From: an uncultured Nitrososphaeraceae archaeon
GTDB lineage: Archaea > Thermoproteota > Nitrososphaeria > Nitrososphaerales > Nitrososphaeraceae
NCBI GenBank assembly: GCA_963825865.1
Contig: CAWGVG010000009.1
Location: forward strand, 13,289 to 77,288
DNA: 64,000 nucleotides
Direction: 5' to 3'
In this document: positions 45,770 through 57,601 of the stretch, piece after piece
Numbering within the stretch: the first letter of the stretch is position 1
Layout: every line of letters starts with the position of its first letter
Notes under the pieces: model-generated
Databases searched by the model: none
Told to the model about the DNA's origin: nothing
Seen by the model: only the letters and a program-made list of their open reading frames with translations
Made by a program: the position numbers and the translations under genes

Positions 45770-46330
45770 GAGCTCCAAGACGTTGTGGTGCCTGCTGTGA
45801 ACCAGGTAGGATTTCATCCATTTCTATACCAAAAGGATCTGTTATCGTTCTGCGGGAAGAAGAACACTATTCATCTTGAAGCTTATATCCCGCTGACCAG
45901 AGGGTACAGTTAACAGCATTGTAAATATCCATCTAGTTCTTTTGTGTAAAGTATCATTGGTTATTATGAACGAGATTCCACCTTGATGGCGATAGTGCTT
46001 CTTCTATAGAACCGCTATGAAACCATACAACTTGTCCATTTTTCGAATTCTAATTAACCACCGAGACTTTACAGAAAAGAGTATCTATTACTTTACAATA
46101 CTCTTAACCACCCAACTATTCTAGCAGTAGCAAAGAAGCATGGCAACAAAACGCCAGCCCAGGTATTGATACGCTGGAGCTTGCAGACATGGCTTGGTCG
46201 TAATTCCAAAATCCATACGCAAGGACCGGATCCATAGAACATCCAGGTGTTTGACTTCCAGCTTGGACATGAAGATATGAGAATCCTAGACTCGCTGGAC
46301 GAGAATTTGCAGATAGACAGAGGCCGTTAA
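45770..46330 (+). pseudogene. Aldo/keto reductase C-terminal remnant interrupted by a 190-bp insert
   Basis: Manual translation [21 protein letters not shown]...[10 protein letters not shown] | LNHPTILAVAKKHGNKTPAQVLIRWSLQ..VIPKS. Confidence 0.8.
45914..46103. mobile_element. 190-bp MITE-like insert with TTAA duplication
   Basis: TTAA at 45910-45913 and 46104-46107; ends CAGCATTGTAAA versus reverse complement GAGTATTGTAAA (10/12); removal nearly rejoins the AKR frame. Confidence 0.7.
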
Positions 46331-47017
46331 AATAATAATTGGGTCAAGGTTTATGACAATGTTGCCCAATGGTATACAAAATAACTAAGAACTACAAGGA
46401 AGAAAAGATGAATACACAATAGTCGATGTACGACTCATGATTTCAACAAACCAAACTGCAAATCACATATCGACCAACAATCCAAGAGTTGAGTCATAGT
46501 CAGCCTCATCTATGAGGTATGGATTATCATCATCACCCACATTAACAGATCTATGTGTTAGTCTGATTGACTTTATAACTGGCATATTAATAAATGAAGT
46601 GTCTGAATTTATGTCGTTATTTGTTCATAACATAACCTAGATTTGGAAATAGTTAAAGCTTAGCAAAGGACATATTTTCATTCTGTGAATCATCCTTCCA
46701 AACTCAAACTTACCATAGGACAGAGGAACAAATTAAAGTCATTTATGAAGAATACGGGTAACAAAAAGGAATACCGTAGGCATTGTTAATAGGAGCTGTT
46801 CTCATAGTTCCAAGGATTCTACATGTAGAAAAGCTATGGAAATCTAAAGGTAGTATTGATGGCATTACGACAGCAACTTTCTTTGGAGCAGCAGGTATGG
46901 GCAGCATTTATGAATTTATCTCCCATAGTGAGGGCTTTTGCAGTAGGTATGCCTTTAGTCGAATTTTTATAAGTTTACACGAGGTCTAAAAAGGAACAGA
47001 TAAGCACAGTTGCAAAC

Positions 47018-47053
47018 TGACGCTTTTGACGAGGTATTTGACGCTTTTGACGA
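47018..47053 (+). promoter_or_regulatory. Direct repeat TGACGCTTTTGACGA x2 (21-bp period), candidate operator
   Basis: Exact 15-mers at 47018-47032 and 47039-47053, just upstream of an AT-rich TATA-like tract and ATG 47093. Confidence 0.5.
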
Positions 47054-47092
47054 ATATTTTAATAGATCTTACTTCTACAATTACATCATATA

Positions 47093-48789
47093 ATGCCTTC
47101 CAAACTTCCTGATAATCTTAAATCGCAGGTGATACAAGACTGGCTAAGTGGTAAGCAAAGAGATAAAATCGCAGGAGATAATGGCCTTAGTGCGGGAGCT
47201 GTAACAAACACAGTGAATGAATGGAGACTTGCCTTAGGTTTTTCTGCAGCAGACGGATTGAGGGAGCTTGCTGTTACTCTAAAGAAGATTGGCATCACTC
47301 CTGCTCAATGTGCTCTAGGTTTTAGAATTGCAATGACGATGAATAGATTGGGAGTAAGAGAGGATAAGTTTGAATCATTTATGTCTGATGTTTACAACCG
47401 CTGCAACAACCTGTGGGCTAACGCCAGAAAGCATCGCTTATTATATGACTAACTTGATTGAGTTTTCAAAGACTATACCATTTTCTCAGATATCGGAGTT
47501 CATTCAGCAAAAGGCAGAAGAGAAAATAAAGTTAGAAGAAGAAACCCAAAAGTTAAAGGACCAAATAAAAATTCTAAAGGAGGAAAAATCAAGTAGTGAG
47601 GCTCGTCGTACCTCTGCTTTATACGAAGAAAACATTACTACTGTTCAAGCTAAAATCGTATTCGGAATTAAAAGAATCACTTGGCGGGTACCGGATATCT
47701 ATCGATGCTGACATTCCAAAATTTGCTAAAGTAGTTCATGGAATAAGTCAAAAGGGTTATGATGTTGGTGAAGTTATAAAACAATTCTCAGATTTAGAAT
47801 CAGCTGAGGACTGACTATTGGTCTTATAAAGCATCAATCCCAGATTTGAAAAAGAAATATGATGACTTGAACCAAGAATGTTCTACACTAGAGCAGTCGG
47901 TGAATTCCTATAACCAAAAACTTTCTTTGTATGATGAGCTGCAAGCTATGGGACTTGGTCTTAAGGAGCTGAAACTGTTGCGCAATACTATTAACGAGAT
48001 TGCATATGCAAATAATATACCTGCAGATCAGGCTCAGCAAAAGTTCTATAAAGATATTGAGGAACATTACGATGATAAGATAGGTTTTGAATTGCAGTTA
48101 AATAAACTTCGGTCCGAGATTTCTACTGTTAATATCAACTTAAATGTCTTACGAACAGCATTGCTTGCTCAACCATTGGTCGCACCATCGTTACAAAGGC
48201 TTTTTTCCAAAGGAGTAGTCGAGCAGGATATTGTTGAGCTTGCAAACTTCTTATTTGAAATATTTAATGTTATCGATGGTGGGAGGAGCACCAATGCAGA
48301 TAAACAATCTCTTATGAGCGGATTGCAGAAATATGGTGGCGTAAAAACTATAATACAAAAATTAAATCAACAAGCAGATGAATTAAGAAATCAAATATAT
48401 CAACTACAAAGACAGAAGCAAGATTTGAAGGAACAGAACCAAAAGATGCTTTCCATTTTAGCATATTCAAAGCCGCTTGTTGAGTTTTTAGATGGATCGG
48501 CTCATTCATTTAGTAACGATGAAGATAATATAACACCCCTCACACTGATTGCATGTATTTTGTATATTTTGTACCTTCGTTACGTAGGAGTTGAAAAATT
48601 GGCAGATGATGATCTTAACAAATTATTTGTAACTGCTGCTAGACGCTGCCAGAGGTGAAAGCTGTTTCTATTCCAGATTTGAAGTTGGCTATCGGAAAAG
48701 CTCTTAGAGCTTTGATAGACAAATTAGATAGCAAGTCGCAGCCTAACGAAGATATTTCGCTGATTAATAACCAGCAAAACAAGCAATAA
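47093..48789 (+). CDS. Large coiled-coil protein with N-terminal HTH-like segment (several frameshifts; 4 ORFs)
   Basis: VIQDWLSGKQRDKIAGDNGLSAGAVTNTVNEW (HTH-like); heptad-rich remainder; consecutive same-strand overlapping ORFs. Confidence 0.7.
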
Positions 48790-49352
48790 TGTGGTGTATA
48801 TCTGGTACAGTATTTGACGTCAAATCAACATATCAGAAATATCGAAAATTACCGGAATACAAAGCCAAACTATACAAGCATATTCTTGCTAATTCTTGAG
48901 TTTCGCTTCAGAATGTGACACCTAATCTTTCTCAGCCTTGAATATATGTATCGGTTATCCTATCTAATGATAAGATGATGATGGTAATAGTATTATTGCC
49001 GTTGAAAAATATACCAGCAGAGAGTATGACAACGAAGACTGTTATCCTATTATTATTGGTGAGTACATCATTACATTTTGTATATTTGGTCATTACATTA
49101 ACACGTGACGCAAAATTGTTATAAAATTATATCCTTTAACGGTTAAAGTTAAGGTTGAAGCATGAATATTTGGTTTACGTTTAGTTAATGATAGCAGGTA
49201 GAAATTCGATGTTTTTCATTGGAAACACAATGAATGCACTAAAAATCACTTTTTTTAACATTTTTAGTAAAAGAAAAAAAGAAGATAGTCCCTGTGATAT
49301 TTCTTCTTGGTTGTGCTGCACTTAATGCAGCAAACCAATTAGGTGTTGAAGA

Positions 49353-50466
49353 CTAGGCTGTAGCTGTCGCATTAGTAGATGGTCCTGCAACTACTTCACT
49401 ACCCTTTGGAGGTACCCATGTCCCTGCTGGATGGTCAGTTGCAGTTGAACTAGCATTAGCTATTACAGCAAATGCTCCACCTTTCAAAACATGGTTCATA
49501 GAATGATCGACTCCTACATAGATACCTGCTTCTGGAAATGTTGATTCAATAACTGAAGCTGAACCTGGTGGAATCCACCATGTTTGTCCGTTCTCAAGTT
49601 GGGTGCCATATCTATTCTTAATTGAACCATCATGTACACTAATTATTCCACCGATGAAAGTGAAATGATACGCCGTTATTGGGACCTGCATTGACAACAT
49701 ACCATCTTGTGAGTTCACCTGGCTTGACCATGAATGGTTTAGCATCCTTGTTAAGCTCAATTTTGACAATTTGGCCGATTGATGGTACATATTTAAAAGC
49801 CATGCCATTGGTTAAGCTCAAATCTGGTTGGTCATTGACGAATTTAGTCATATTAAATGAACCAGTTTTCCCGTTCGTTCCTATGAATAATCCTTTGTCT
49901 GCACTGTTGTAATTTTCACCAAAAACCATATAGAATTCTTTGGCTGGTTGTTCATTTTGTGGATGTACTACAATACCACCATACATGCCGCTAGCAATAT
50001 GTTCCCATATACCATTAAGAGCGTCGGCACTGCAGTGATAAAAGAAAACACCTGCATAATCACCTTGCAATGACCAAGTCTTAGATTCACCAGGTTTTAC
50101 AGGACCAGAATTTGCCTTGGTGGCACCAAACCCTGCATGAAAGTCCATACTATGTACGAGTGTACCATTATTCTTTAGTGTGATTTCCAATGTATCTCCC
50201 TGATCAATAGCAATTACTGGACCAGGAATCGTACCGTTGAAAACCATCGCATTATATTTTATTCCACCCGGATGAAGCGCGTCATCTGGAGCAACCTGCA
50301 CTACTTTTTCACTTGCAACTAATAGAACTTTTTTTGTTTTTCCTGTAGGTGCTTGTGCGTGTGCCTGGAATGGAGACTTCCCCAACATAACAGGACTAAA
50401 AAGAAGCCCCGCAATAAGAACACCCGCTACAATACCTGCAACAATAACCTTGTTCATCGAGGCCAA
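49353..50466 (-). CDS. nirK: Copper-containing nitrite reductase, archaeal type (frameshift near 49670)
   Basis: Signal peptide; FNGTIPGP; HSMDFH; YHC...EHIASGMYG; NAGPN; domain-2 VDH. Confidence 0.88.
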
Positions 50467-50590
50467 TTGATAGATTTCACTATTAAAAAGCTTTCGATAT
50501 TTCTATGTAGTATTTCTTACATTACATTATTAATAGGAAAACAGTTTAGCTCTTTAATATATACTTTTATCTATCTGTTACGCTTTACTC

Positions 50591-51613
50591 CTATAATTTG
50601 TCACCATTTTTATCATCCTTAAGTAAATCTATTATTCCATAGATTGGTTGTCCTTTAAAGTAATTGGCAGTTATATTAGAGTCTAGAGCAATGTATATTG
50701 TATTTAGCCTTTCAATTACTATTTCTGCATGTACCCCTTTCCATTTATCAGTTCCATTTAATTCAACGTCAACTGTTCCCATGATGGAAGCAGTCCCATC
50801 AGAGCCGAGGTAAACGGTTCTATTGGCGTCAGCTTGGAAGTTAAGTAGTTTAATAATATGACTTCCTGTTCCGTCAATATGTAACATAGTAAAGTTCGCT
50901 GCAAAATCTCTCACATTTCCTTTTTTGACGCTCAAATTCCAATCTCCAGTCAATATAAATGGTTTTTCAGTTTGGGTTTGTGTTGTCGATGCTGCCTGTG
51001 TAATCGACTCGGGGTATCTGCTGTGTGAACTACTGGATATCATCGAGCCCATAATTAACCTTGTCAATAAATTAATCATACTATTGTCTAAATTTTGACT
51101 AGCAGATGTTGAATTGTAAGAATCCATTGTTCTGCTGAATATGTTACTATTAACAATGGAATCCGACTCACTTGGCGTAGTCGAATTATTATTGTATGTC
51201 TTGGTACGATTTCCTTCAACTCTGTTGACTATTCCATTATTAACAGGACTGTTGTGGCTGGCATTGGTTATAGTTGCGTTGTAGATTGCATTTGATTCAT
51301 TAACGCTGGTAATTTCTGATGGTGTAGATTCCTTCGTATCAATAAGCAAAGAAGCTATTGAACCCTTGGCAAAGAATGTGTTATTAGAGGTAGTATTAGA
51401 GCCTCCTTTTGCGATAATAGAAGTAGAGTTCTTTTGTATTGCAGATATGTTGTTATTATTTCCTATTACTTTTTTTGTGTCCCTATTATTAGTTATTGTG
51501 TCATTCGTTGGTGGATTTGAATGCACAAGAACTGATCTCATAGAAAGTATAAGTGCAAAACCGATTCCGAAAGACAGAGTTAGTATAAATAACATAGACG
51601 TTTTCTTTTTCAT
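50591..51613 (-). CDS. Secreted/membrane-anchored hypothetical protein with Asn/Ser/Thr-rich linkers
   Basis: N-terminal hydrophobic segment; C-terminal beta-rich domain ending YFKGQPIYG. Confidence 0.7.
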   Translation of the reverse strand: MKKKTSMLFILTLSFGIGFALILSMRSVLVHSNPPTNDTITNNRDTKKVIGNNNNISAIQKNSTSIIAKGGSNTTSNNTFFAKGSIASLLIDTKESTPSEITSVNESNAIYNATITNASHNSPVNNGIVNRVEGNRTKTYNNNSTTPSESDSIVNSNIFSRTMDSYNSTSASQNLDNSMINLLTRLIMGSMISSSSHSRYPESITQAASTTQTQTEKPFILTGDWNLSVKKGNVRDFAANFTMLHIDGTGSHIIKLLNFQADANRTVYLGSDGTASIMGTVDVELNGTDKWKGVHAEIVIERLNTIYIALDSNITANYFKGQPIYGIIDLLKDDKNGDKL

Positions 51614-52161
51614 TGGATAAACGTGCAGGTATGAACTTTAACGCCTTAAAGTCTATATTAATTGATCTCAAACATAATTTAATAAAACATGTATGTAATG
51701 TCTAGAATCAAAATTAATCCCACTATTTATATAGATTATGTCAGCCAGTAATACTCATCTCTTATGTCTTTAATTTAGGTAACAGACTATCAGTTACAAC
51801 CAAGCCTGAATCACTCCCGTCATTACTCAAATAGCAATTATTCAGCAGATGAATTAATTAACTAATTGGATAATTTGAATAGATTTTTTACTAGGGAGGA
51901 TTGTGTTTACTTAATCGGGCTAGCCCATCTTGATTTATAGAACTCCTTCTTAAAACACATTTATTATACATGTTAACGAAAAAATCCAATGGTCATAAGA
52001 GGCTGACTACAAGACAGCAAACCACCCTTTCATGTATATTATATATGCTTTGCAATGCTTGATTGAATGGCCTGTTATTAACAGTTGTAAGGTCGTATTA
52101 TATACAGGGTCCTGCTTGCTGAACAAGAAGGCATGGTTTCTAATAAAAATTCTATCATTTA

Positions 52162-52545
52162 CTAACTGTTTTCATGGACATTATATTCATATATTTTTTC
52201 CAAAGCTACCCTGATTTTATCTGCTCTCCATGACATTTCACTGATTGCATCTTTACTGAGATTTGAATCCCATTCATCTAGAACTGTTTTTGAGATTTCA
52301 GTGGCATGATAAAGAATACTCCAATAAGGATGATGCTCGGATGTGGCATAAGATAATTCAAGAACTTCTGATAGCGCAGAGGACGCCTTTTTAACAATGG
52401 TTGTATCTTGACTGCAAATTCTAATAACTCCACATTCTTTATCTATACTGATTGTCATAGATACTCCTTCTTCTTTGTTAAAAAGTTCTACTAGTGATTC
52501 TATTCGTCCAGATATTCGTTCTATGATCTTATTTTCGGACGGCAT
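52162..52545 (-). CDS. Hypothetical protein
   Basis: 127-aa ORF. Confidence 0.65.
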   Translation of the reverse strand: MPSENKIIERISGRIESLVELFNKEEGVSMTISIDKECGVIRICSQDTTIVKKASSALSEVLELSYATSEHHPYWSILYHATEISKTVLDEWDSNLSKDAISEMSWRADKIRVALEKIYEYNVHENS

Positions 52546-52674
52546 TAGTGTTATAAAGTTGCTGCCATGTTATAATTTAATTGGCTTTATTTTAACTTAG
52601 ACAAATAAAAAACCTATCTTGCTAAAATATATTATTAGTCTGCAAGCATGAGTGTGTAATTAGTGTAAGTATAG

Positions 52675-53631
52675 GGCTTTGTAGAAAACATTCTTTTGAA
52701 CCCGTCAAAGCTTTCTAGAAGTGTAATCCAATATAGATATTGAATGAATCCAGATACGTTAGACTAGCAAATACTATGTGTATCGTGTTTTAAGAAATTC
52801 AAGAATACCACTGTTTCTTCACAGAAAGAGCAACCATCTATTTAGCGTATAGCAACATATGGTCTTGCTTACTGTCGTACAGTATGAAGGTAAGAGTTAT
52901 AGAATGTTTGTCGAGTGGCTGGTTGAAGCCTATTACCTTAGGTTGTTCCTACAATTGTCACGTATACCTCATTTTACAACATTGCAAAAGTTTGCAGATA
53001 GAATCAATCGTCCACTGCTTGGAAAAATAATTTCTTCATTCATCATACTTACAGGTACTAGACACATATTTGCAGGCATAGATTCGACTGGATTCAAGGT
53101 GACACATGCATCAGAATACTATACTGAAAGAGCTAATCTGAGGAGAAGGAAATATGCCAAATTATCGATAGGTGCTGACGTACTACAACAGATAATCTGT
53201 AACATAAGGATAAGACGAGCTCCAACAAGACATGATAATATAGATTTTAAACCAATTGTAAAGAGGATTGCAAATATTATACCACTGTCTGTGGTAACGG
53301 CTGATAAAGCCTATGACAGTGAAGACAATCATCTTTTGGTAAGAGAAGAGTTAGGTGCATTCAGTGTTATTCCAGCACGACATAAAGATGTACCAATATG
53401 GAATACACATAGAAAATACAGAAAACAAATGAAGCTTGGGTATCCCAAAATACTGTACAGTCAAAGGAACAAGGATGAAACCATAATTTCTGTAATAAAA
53501 CGGCTGTTTGGAGAGCACCTGATGTCTAGGTTGATTCGAACACAGAACAGAGAACTATCTCTCAGATGCATGGCCTACAACATGCACAGATTAACCAACC
53601 TCATCATAATATTGAGGGTTTCTACAAAGCC
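52675..53631 (+). mobile_element. IS5-family insertion sequence; transposase ORF 52859-53716 with damaged 5' end
   Basis: 13-bp TIR GGCTTTGTAGAAA; flanking AAGTATA at 52667-52673 and 53632-53638; PHFTTL, GIDSTG, HD, ADKAYD, Y.QRN..ET..S.IKR. Confidence 0.92.
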
Positions 53632-53743
53632 AAGTATATATAATATATCACCTATAAAATTCCAAATTATCGTTTTTAGCATAGTAATATATCATTCCCA
53701 GAGGCATCAATTGTAAAGTTTTTTGGAATTTACGCGATAAAGT

Positions 53744-55417
53744 CTATAATGGAAGAGTTACTGCACCCTCTGATGCTGACTGCACCAATGAAGCATATTT
53801 AGCTAATGCACCTTTAGTATAATGCGGTTTTATTGCTTTCCATTTTTTTCTTCTTCTGTTCATTTCAGCTTTTGATATCATTAATTCGATTTTCCCTTTT
53901 ACAATATCAATAATAATTTGGTCATCATCCTTTACCAATGAAATTGGTCCTCCAACCATTGCTTCAGGCGAAACATGACCTACCATGAATCCTTTGGTAG
54001 CGCCAGAAAATCTTCCATCCGTCACCATTGCTACTTTTTCTCCGAGTCCCTGACCAACTATAGCTGCGGTAACTGCCAGCATTTCTCTCATGCCTGGACC
54101 TCCTTTGGGACCTTCATATCTGATTACTACAACATCACCTTCGACTATCTTTCTATTAGATACTGCTTCAAAAGCATCTTCTTCAGATTCGAAAACTTTG
54201 GCTTTCCCAACGAATCGAGTATTTTTTATGCCAGCAATTTTTATGACAGCGCCTTCTGTAGCCAATGAACCCTTTAGAATTCTGAGTACACCTTCTTTAT
54301 GAATAGGTTCTTCAATAGATTTGACAACATCTTGATCGACAGGTATATCAAAAGTCATTGATTCAAGGTTATCTTTCATAGTCATTCCGGTAACTGTCAA
54401 CACATCCCCATGGAGTAATCCTTTCTTGAACAGCTTATTCAAAATAACAGGGACGCCGCCAATTTTGTCAAGATCTAGCATTACGTAAAATCCGCCAGGC
54501 CTCATATTGGCGATATGTGGAATTCGTCTGGAGATTCTTTCGAAATCTTTTATTTCTAATTTAACACCCATTTCCCTTGCAATTGCCAAAAGGTGGAGGA
54601 CCGCATTAGTTGAACCGCCAATTGCATTTGCCATTGCAATTGCATTTTCAAAAGCTTCAAAAGTCATTATATCTTTGGGGCGAATGTTATTTTCTATTAT
54701 ATTGAAAATCGCTTTCCCTGTATTATAACATATTTGATATCTTCTGTCGCTTTCAGCTGGCGGAGTAGCACTTCCTGGTAATGACATCCCAATTGCCTCA
54801 CTTATAGAAGCCATAGTATTAGCAGTATACATCCCAGCACAGGACCCAGCCGTCGGGCATGCAACATTTTCCAAACTTATTAGCTCTTGCATAGTCATCT
54901 TACCTGCATCATATATGCCAACAGCTTCATAGACATCTTGAATTGTTACCTGTCTGCCATCCCAATTTCCTGGCATAATCGTACCTCCATACACAAATAT
55001 GGCAGGTAAGTTAAGACGAGCCATACCCATTAAAGATCCAGGCAAACTCTTGTCGCAGCCGGAGATTCCCACAATAGCATCATACTGATGAGCCATCATC
55101 ATTACTTCAATTGAATCAGCAATAATCTCCCTGCTAACCAATGAGGCTTTCATTCCTTCATGACCCATTGCAATTGCATCAGACACAGCAATGCAAGTAA
55201 ATTCTCTGGGAGTGCAGCCCGCCTCTTTTATCCCATCTTTAGCACATTGTGCAAGTTTACCCAGATGTATATTGCAAGGTGTTGCTTCATTGCATGTAGA
55301 AGAAACGCCGACTAATGGTTTTTCCAAATCCTGATCTTTGAGACCCATTGCTTTGAACATTGCTCTATGGGGAGCCCTAGATACACCTTCAATAACTTTT
55401 CTGCTTACAAGTGTCAT
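53744..55417 (-). CDS. ilvD: Dihydroxy-acid dehydratase
   Basis: [52 protein letters not shown]. Confidence 0.98.
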   Translation of the reverse strand: MTLVSRKVIEGVSRAPHRAMFKAMGLKDQDLEKPLVGVSSTCNEATPCNIHLGKLAQCAKDGIKEAGCTPREFTCIAVSDAIAMGHEGMKASLVSREIIADSIEVMMMAHQYDAIVGISGCDKSLPGSLMGMARLNLPAIFVYGGTIMPGNWDGRQVTIQDVYEAVGIYDAGKMTMQELISLENVACPTAGSCAGMYTANTMASISEAIGMSLPGSATPPAESDRRYQICYNTGKAIFNIIENNIRPKDIMTFEAFENAIAMANAIGGSTNAVLHLLAIAREMGVKLEIKDFERISRRIPHIANMRPGGFYVMLDLDKIGGVPVILNKLFKKGLLHGDVLTVTGMTMKDNLESMTFDIPVDQDVVKSIEEPIHKEGVLRILKGSLATEGAVIKIAGIKNTRFVGKAKVFESEEDAFEAVSNRKIVEGDVVVIRYEGPKGGPGMREMLAVTAAIVGQGLGEKVAMVTDGRFSGATKGFMVGHVSPEAMVGGPISLVKDDDQIIIDIVKGKIELMISKAEMNRRRKKWKAIKPHYTKGALAKYASLVQSASEGAVTLPL

Positions 55418-55506
55418 TCACATAGGTTGTTGTGTTTTCTATATTTTAAGATTCATTACAATAAACTCAATCTCAATATAAAAATAATGAAAAAAGTATA
55501 ATAAAA

Positions 55507-55695
55507 TTAATCTAAGATTGCCGTAATCTTTATCGCATCTAGGCCTTCTGCCTTAAAAGTAGTTTCACACATACCACATTCAGAATTGCCACTTGAAAGA
55601 TCCTTGGCTGAAATTTCCTCATTTAAATAATCACATTTAGGACAGTGAAATGAGAAATTTATCTCAAAACCCTCTAACTCGATTGCTTCTCCCAT
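55507..55695 (-). CDS. Small Zn-ribbon protein
   Basis: CPKC and CGMC. Confidence 0.65.
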   Translation of the reverse strand: MGEAIELEGFEINFSFHCPKCDYLNEEISAKDLSSGNSECGMCETTFKAEGLDAIKITAILD

Positions 55696-55887
55696 AGCCT
55701 ATCATTTAGGCGAATTTGACATATTTAAAATTCGCTACGACAATTTCTTGCAAATTATACCATTCACACCCCTATGATATCTCTTAAATTCGCAAAATAC
55801 TACTATTACTAGATGATTACCAAAGGAATTATATAATTAAATCATTAGAAAACATCAGAATAATAACAGACAATGTAATATAGATGG

Positions 55888-57456
55888 TCAGTAAGAGAAT
55901 GTAATTTTTTTATACAACCATGATTTCCTTTGAATTACCAACAGACCTAAAAATACAGATCCTATCATTAAGAAAAATGCATAAGTTGGAAACTCTGGAA
56001 CGACTACATATCCTCTTGCCAGACCATTGCGTGTAAGGTCAGGCGTCTGTCCAGCTTTGAGCAGTCCGTTAATCTGGAGCTGTATCTGATATATGTCTCT
56101 AGCGGGGAAAGTGACTGTTTGAGTATCGACTGCATTTTTTGCCAAGAGACCTTGTTTTGTTATTACTGCATGGCCATTTTTATCCAGTATTAACATGTCA
56201 TATTTTATATCATTAGTTGATAATGGATTAGAAGTAACCGGATCATAAAACGAAATTTTTACAGTTGATTGTGTTTTTGGCATAAGGGGATTTGGAGACC
56301 ACGACACAGCAGCATGAATTCCACCAGTATTTGTAACTAGATCGGAGGAAGTTGCAATCTGTTGTTGAGTGCTGCCGCTGGCAGTAGATGGTGATAATAA
56401 AACGAATTTCATTACTCCATTATTATTATCATTATTATTAGCACTGTTGTTAGATCTACTACTAACTCCATTGGTATTATTATTATTATTATTATTACTA
56501 GCTTTTACTTGCCCCTGTGCAAGTTTTAGTATATCATTCTTGTTAACTAGATAATGTACAACCATCGCATCAGAAAAAGAAAAAGGATCAATCGCCAGGG
56601 AACGACCTGATAATGGTTGTCCGTTTACTGTTGCGTTGAATAGAGTTGAATCGCCAATGCCTTTCCAAGATTTTGGAAGTCTCATTTCCTCATGTACAAA
56701 AATGGGTTGTTGTTGGATACGCGTTAGATTCCAGTTAAACGGCATTGACCAAGAAAATAACTTCTTCGCAGGATCGAAATTAAGGTTGTTATTTATTTTA
56801 TCATAGTAGGATATAAGAGTCGTATTGTAATGATGATTCTGATAATCCCATGTGTTGTGATAAACGTCACCTACGCTAAGATATGAATCAAATTTCGGGG
56901 CATTATCAGGTACAAATATATTTCTATCGTTGTCAATTCCAAAAATTTCAACATGAAAATGATATAGTCCACCTTCCAAGAGCACTGGACCTTTAATATT
57001 TATAGTGCCGCCCGGATCAGCCACCCAAGCATTTTGGAAAGGATCTTGCTCTCCATATATAGTAAGGGTACCGTTTGCAGGTTGTAACTTCAACGTAAGT
57101 AATCCATTGTGAGCATGAAAAAAGTCTCTTAGAAGAGGTTTTTGATTTGCCGATGATAATTGTGTCGTTCCTTTAGTTACCGTTATTTCATAAGTGACAT
57201 GTTGAATCGTCTGGTTATTATTTGCATCAAATAATCTAAATTGCATATATGCATCCTGTCTATTATCGGTAGTTAAAAAGGGTGGATTGACCTTAACAAA
57301 AAGACTTGCCTGCCTGTTTCCTACACTAGCAGGAGGTAAGTTTTCTTGAGTTAAGCCGTCAGCGTATGCTTTTTGGTTAAAGTATTGTGGAATAAACGAG
57401 ACAAATATCATAAAAATAGGCAAAGTAATACATGCGAAAATGATTTTTTGATGCAT
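55888..57456 (-). CDS. PEFG-CTERM-type surface protein (archaeosortase substrate)
   Basis: Signal peptide ending AYA; C-terminal VVPEFP followed by a TM segment and basic residues. Confidence 0.85.
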   Translation of the reverse strand: MHQKIIFACITLPIFMIFVSFIPQYFNQKAYADGLTQENLPPASVGNRQASLFVKVNPPFLTTDNRQDAYMQFRLFDANNNQTIQHVTYEITVTKGTTQLSSANQKPLLRDFFHAHNGLLTLKLQPANGTLTIYGEQDPFQNAWVADPGGTINIKGPVLLEGGLYHFHVEIFGIDNDRNIFVPDNAPKFDSYLSVGDVYHNTWDYQNHHYNTTLISYYDKINNNLNFDPAKKLFSWSMPFNWNLTRIQQQPIFVHEEMRLPKSWKGIGDSTLFNATVNGQPLSGRSLAIDPFSFSDAMVVHYLVNKNDILKLAQGQVKASNNNNNNNTNGVSSRSNNSANNNDNNNGVMKFVLLSPSTASGSTQQQIATSSDLVTNTGGIHAAVSWSPNPLMPKTQSTVKISFYDPVTSNPLSTNDIKYDMLILDKNGHAVITKQGLLAKNAVDTQTVTFPARDIYQIQLQINGLLKAGQTPDLTRNGLARGYVVVPEFPTYAFFLMIGSVFLGLLVIQRKSWLYKKITFSY

Positions 57457-57601
57457 AATGGTTAATAGTTCAAATATGTTTTCATTGTACTATTTAATCC
57501 TTGATATAACAAGGGCTCTATAGCACAGTTATGATTTCTACTGAACTACTGACAACAATGGTATAAATTATTGCAAAGCGTGATTATAGTTAAATATACC
57601 C

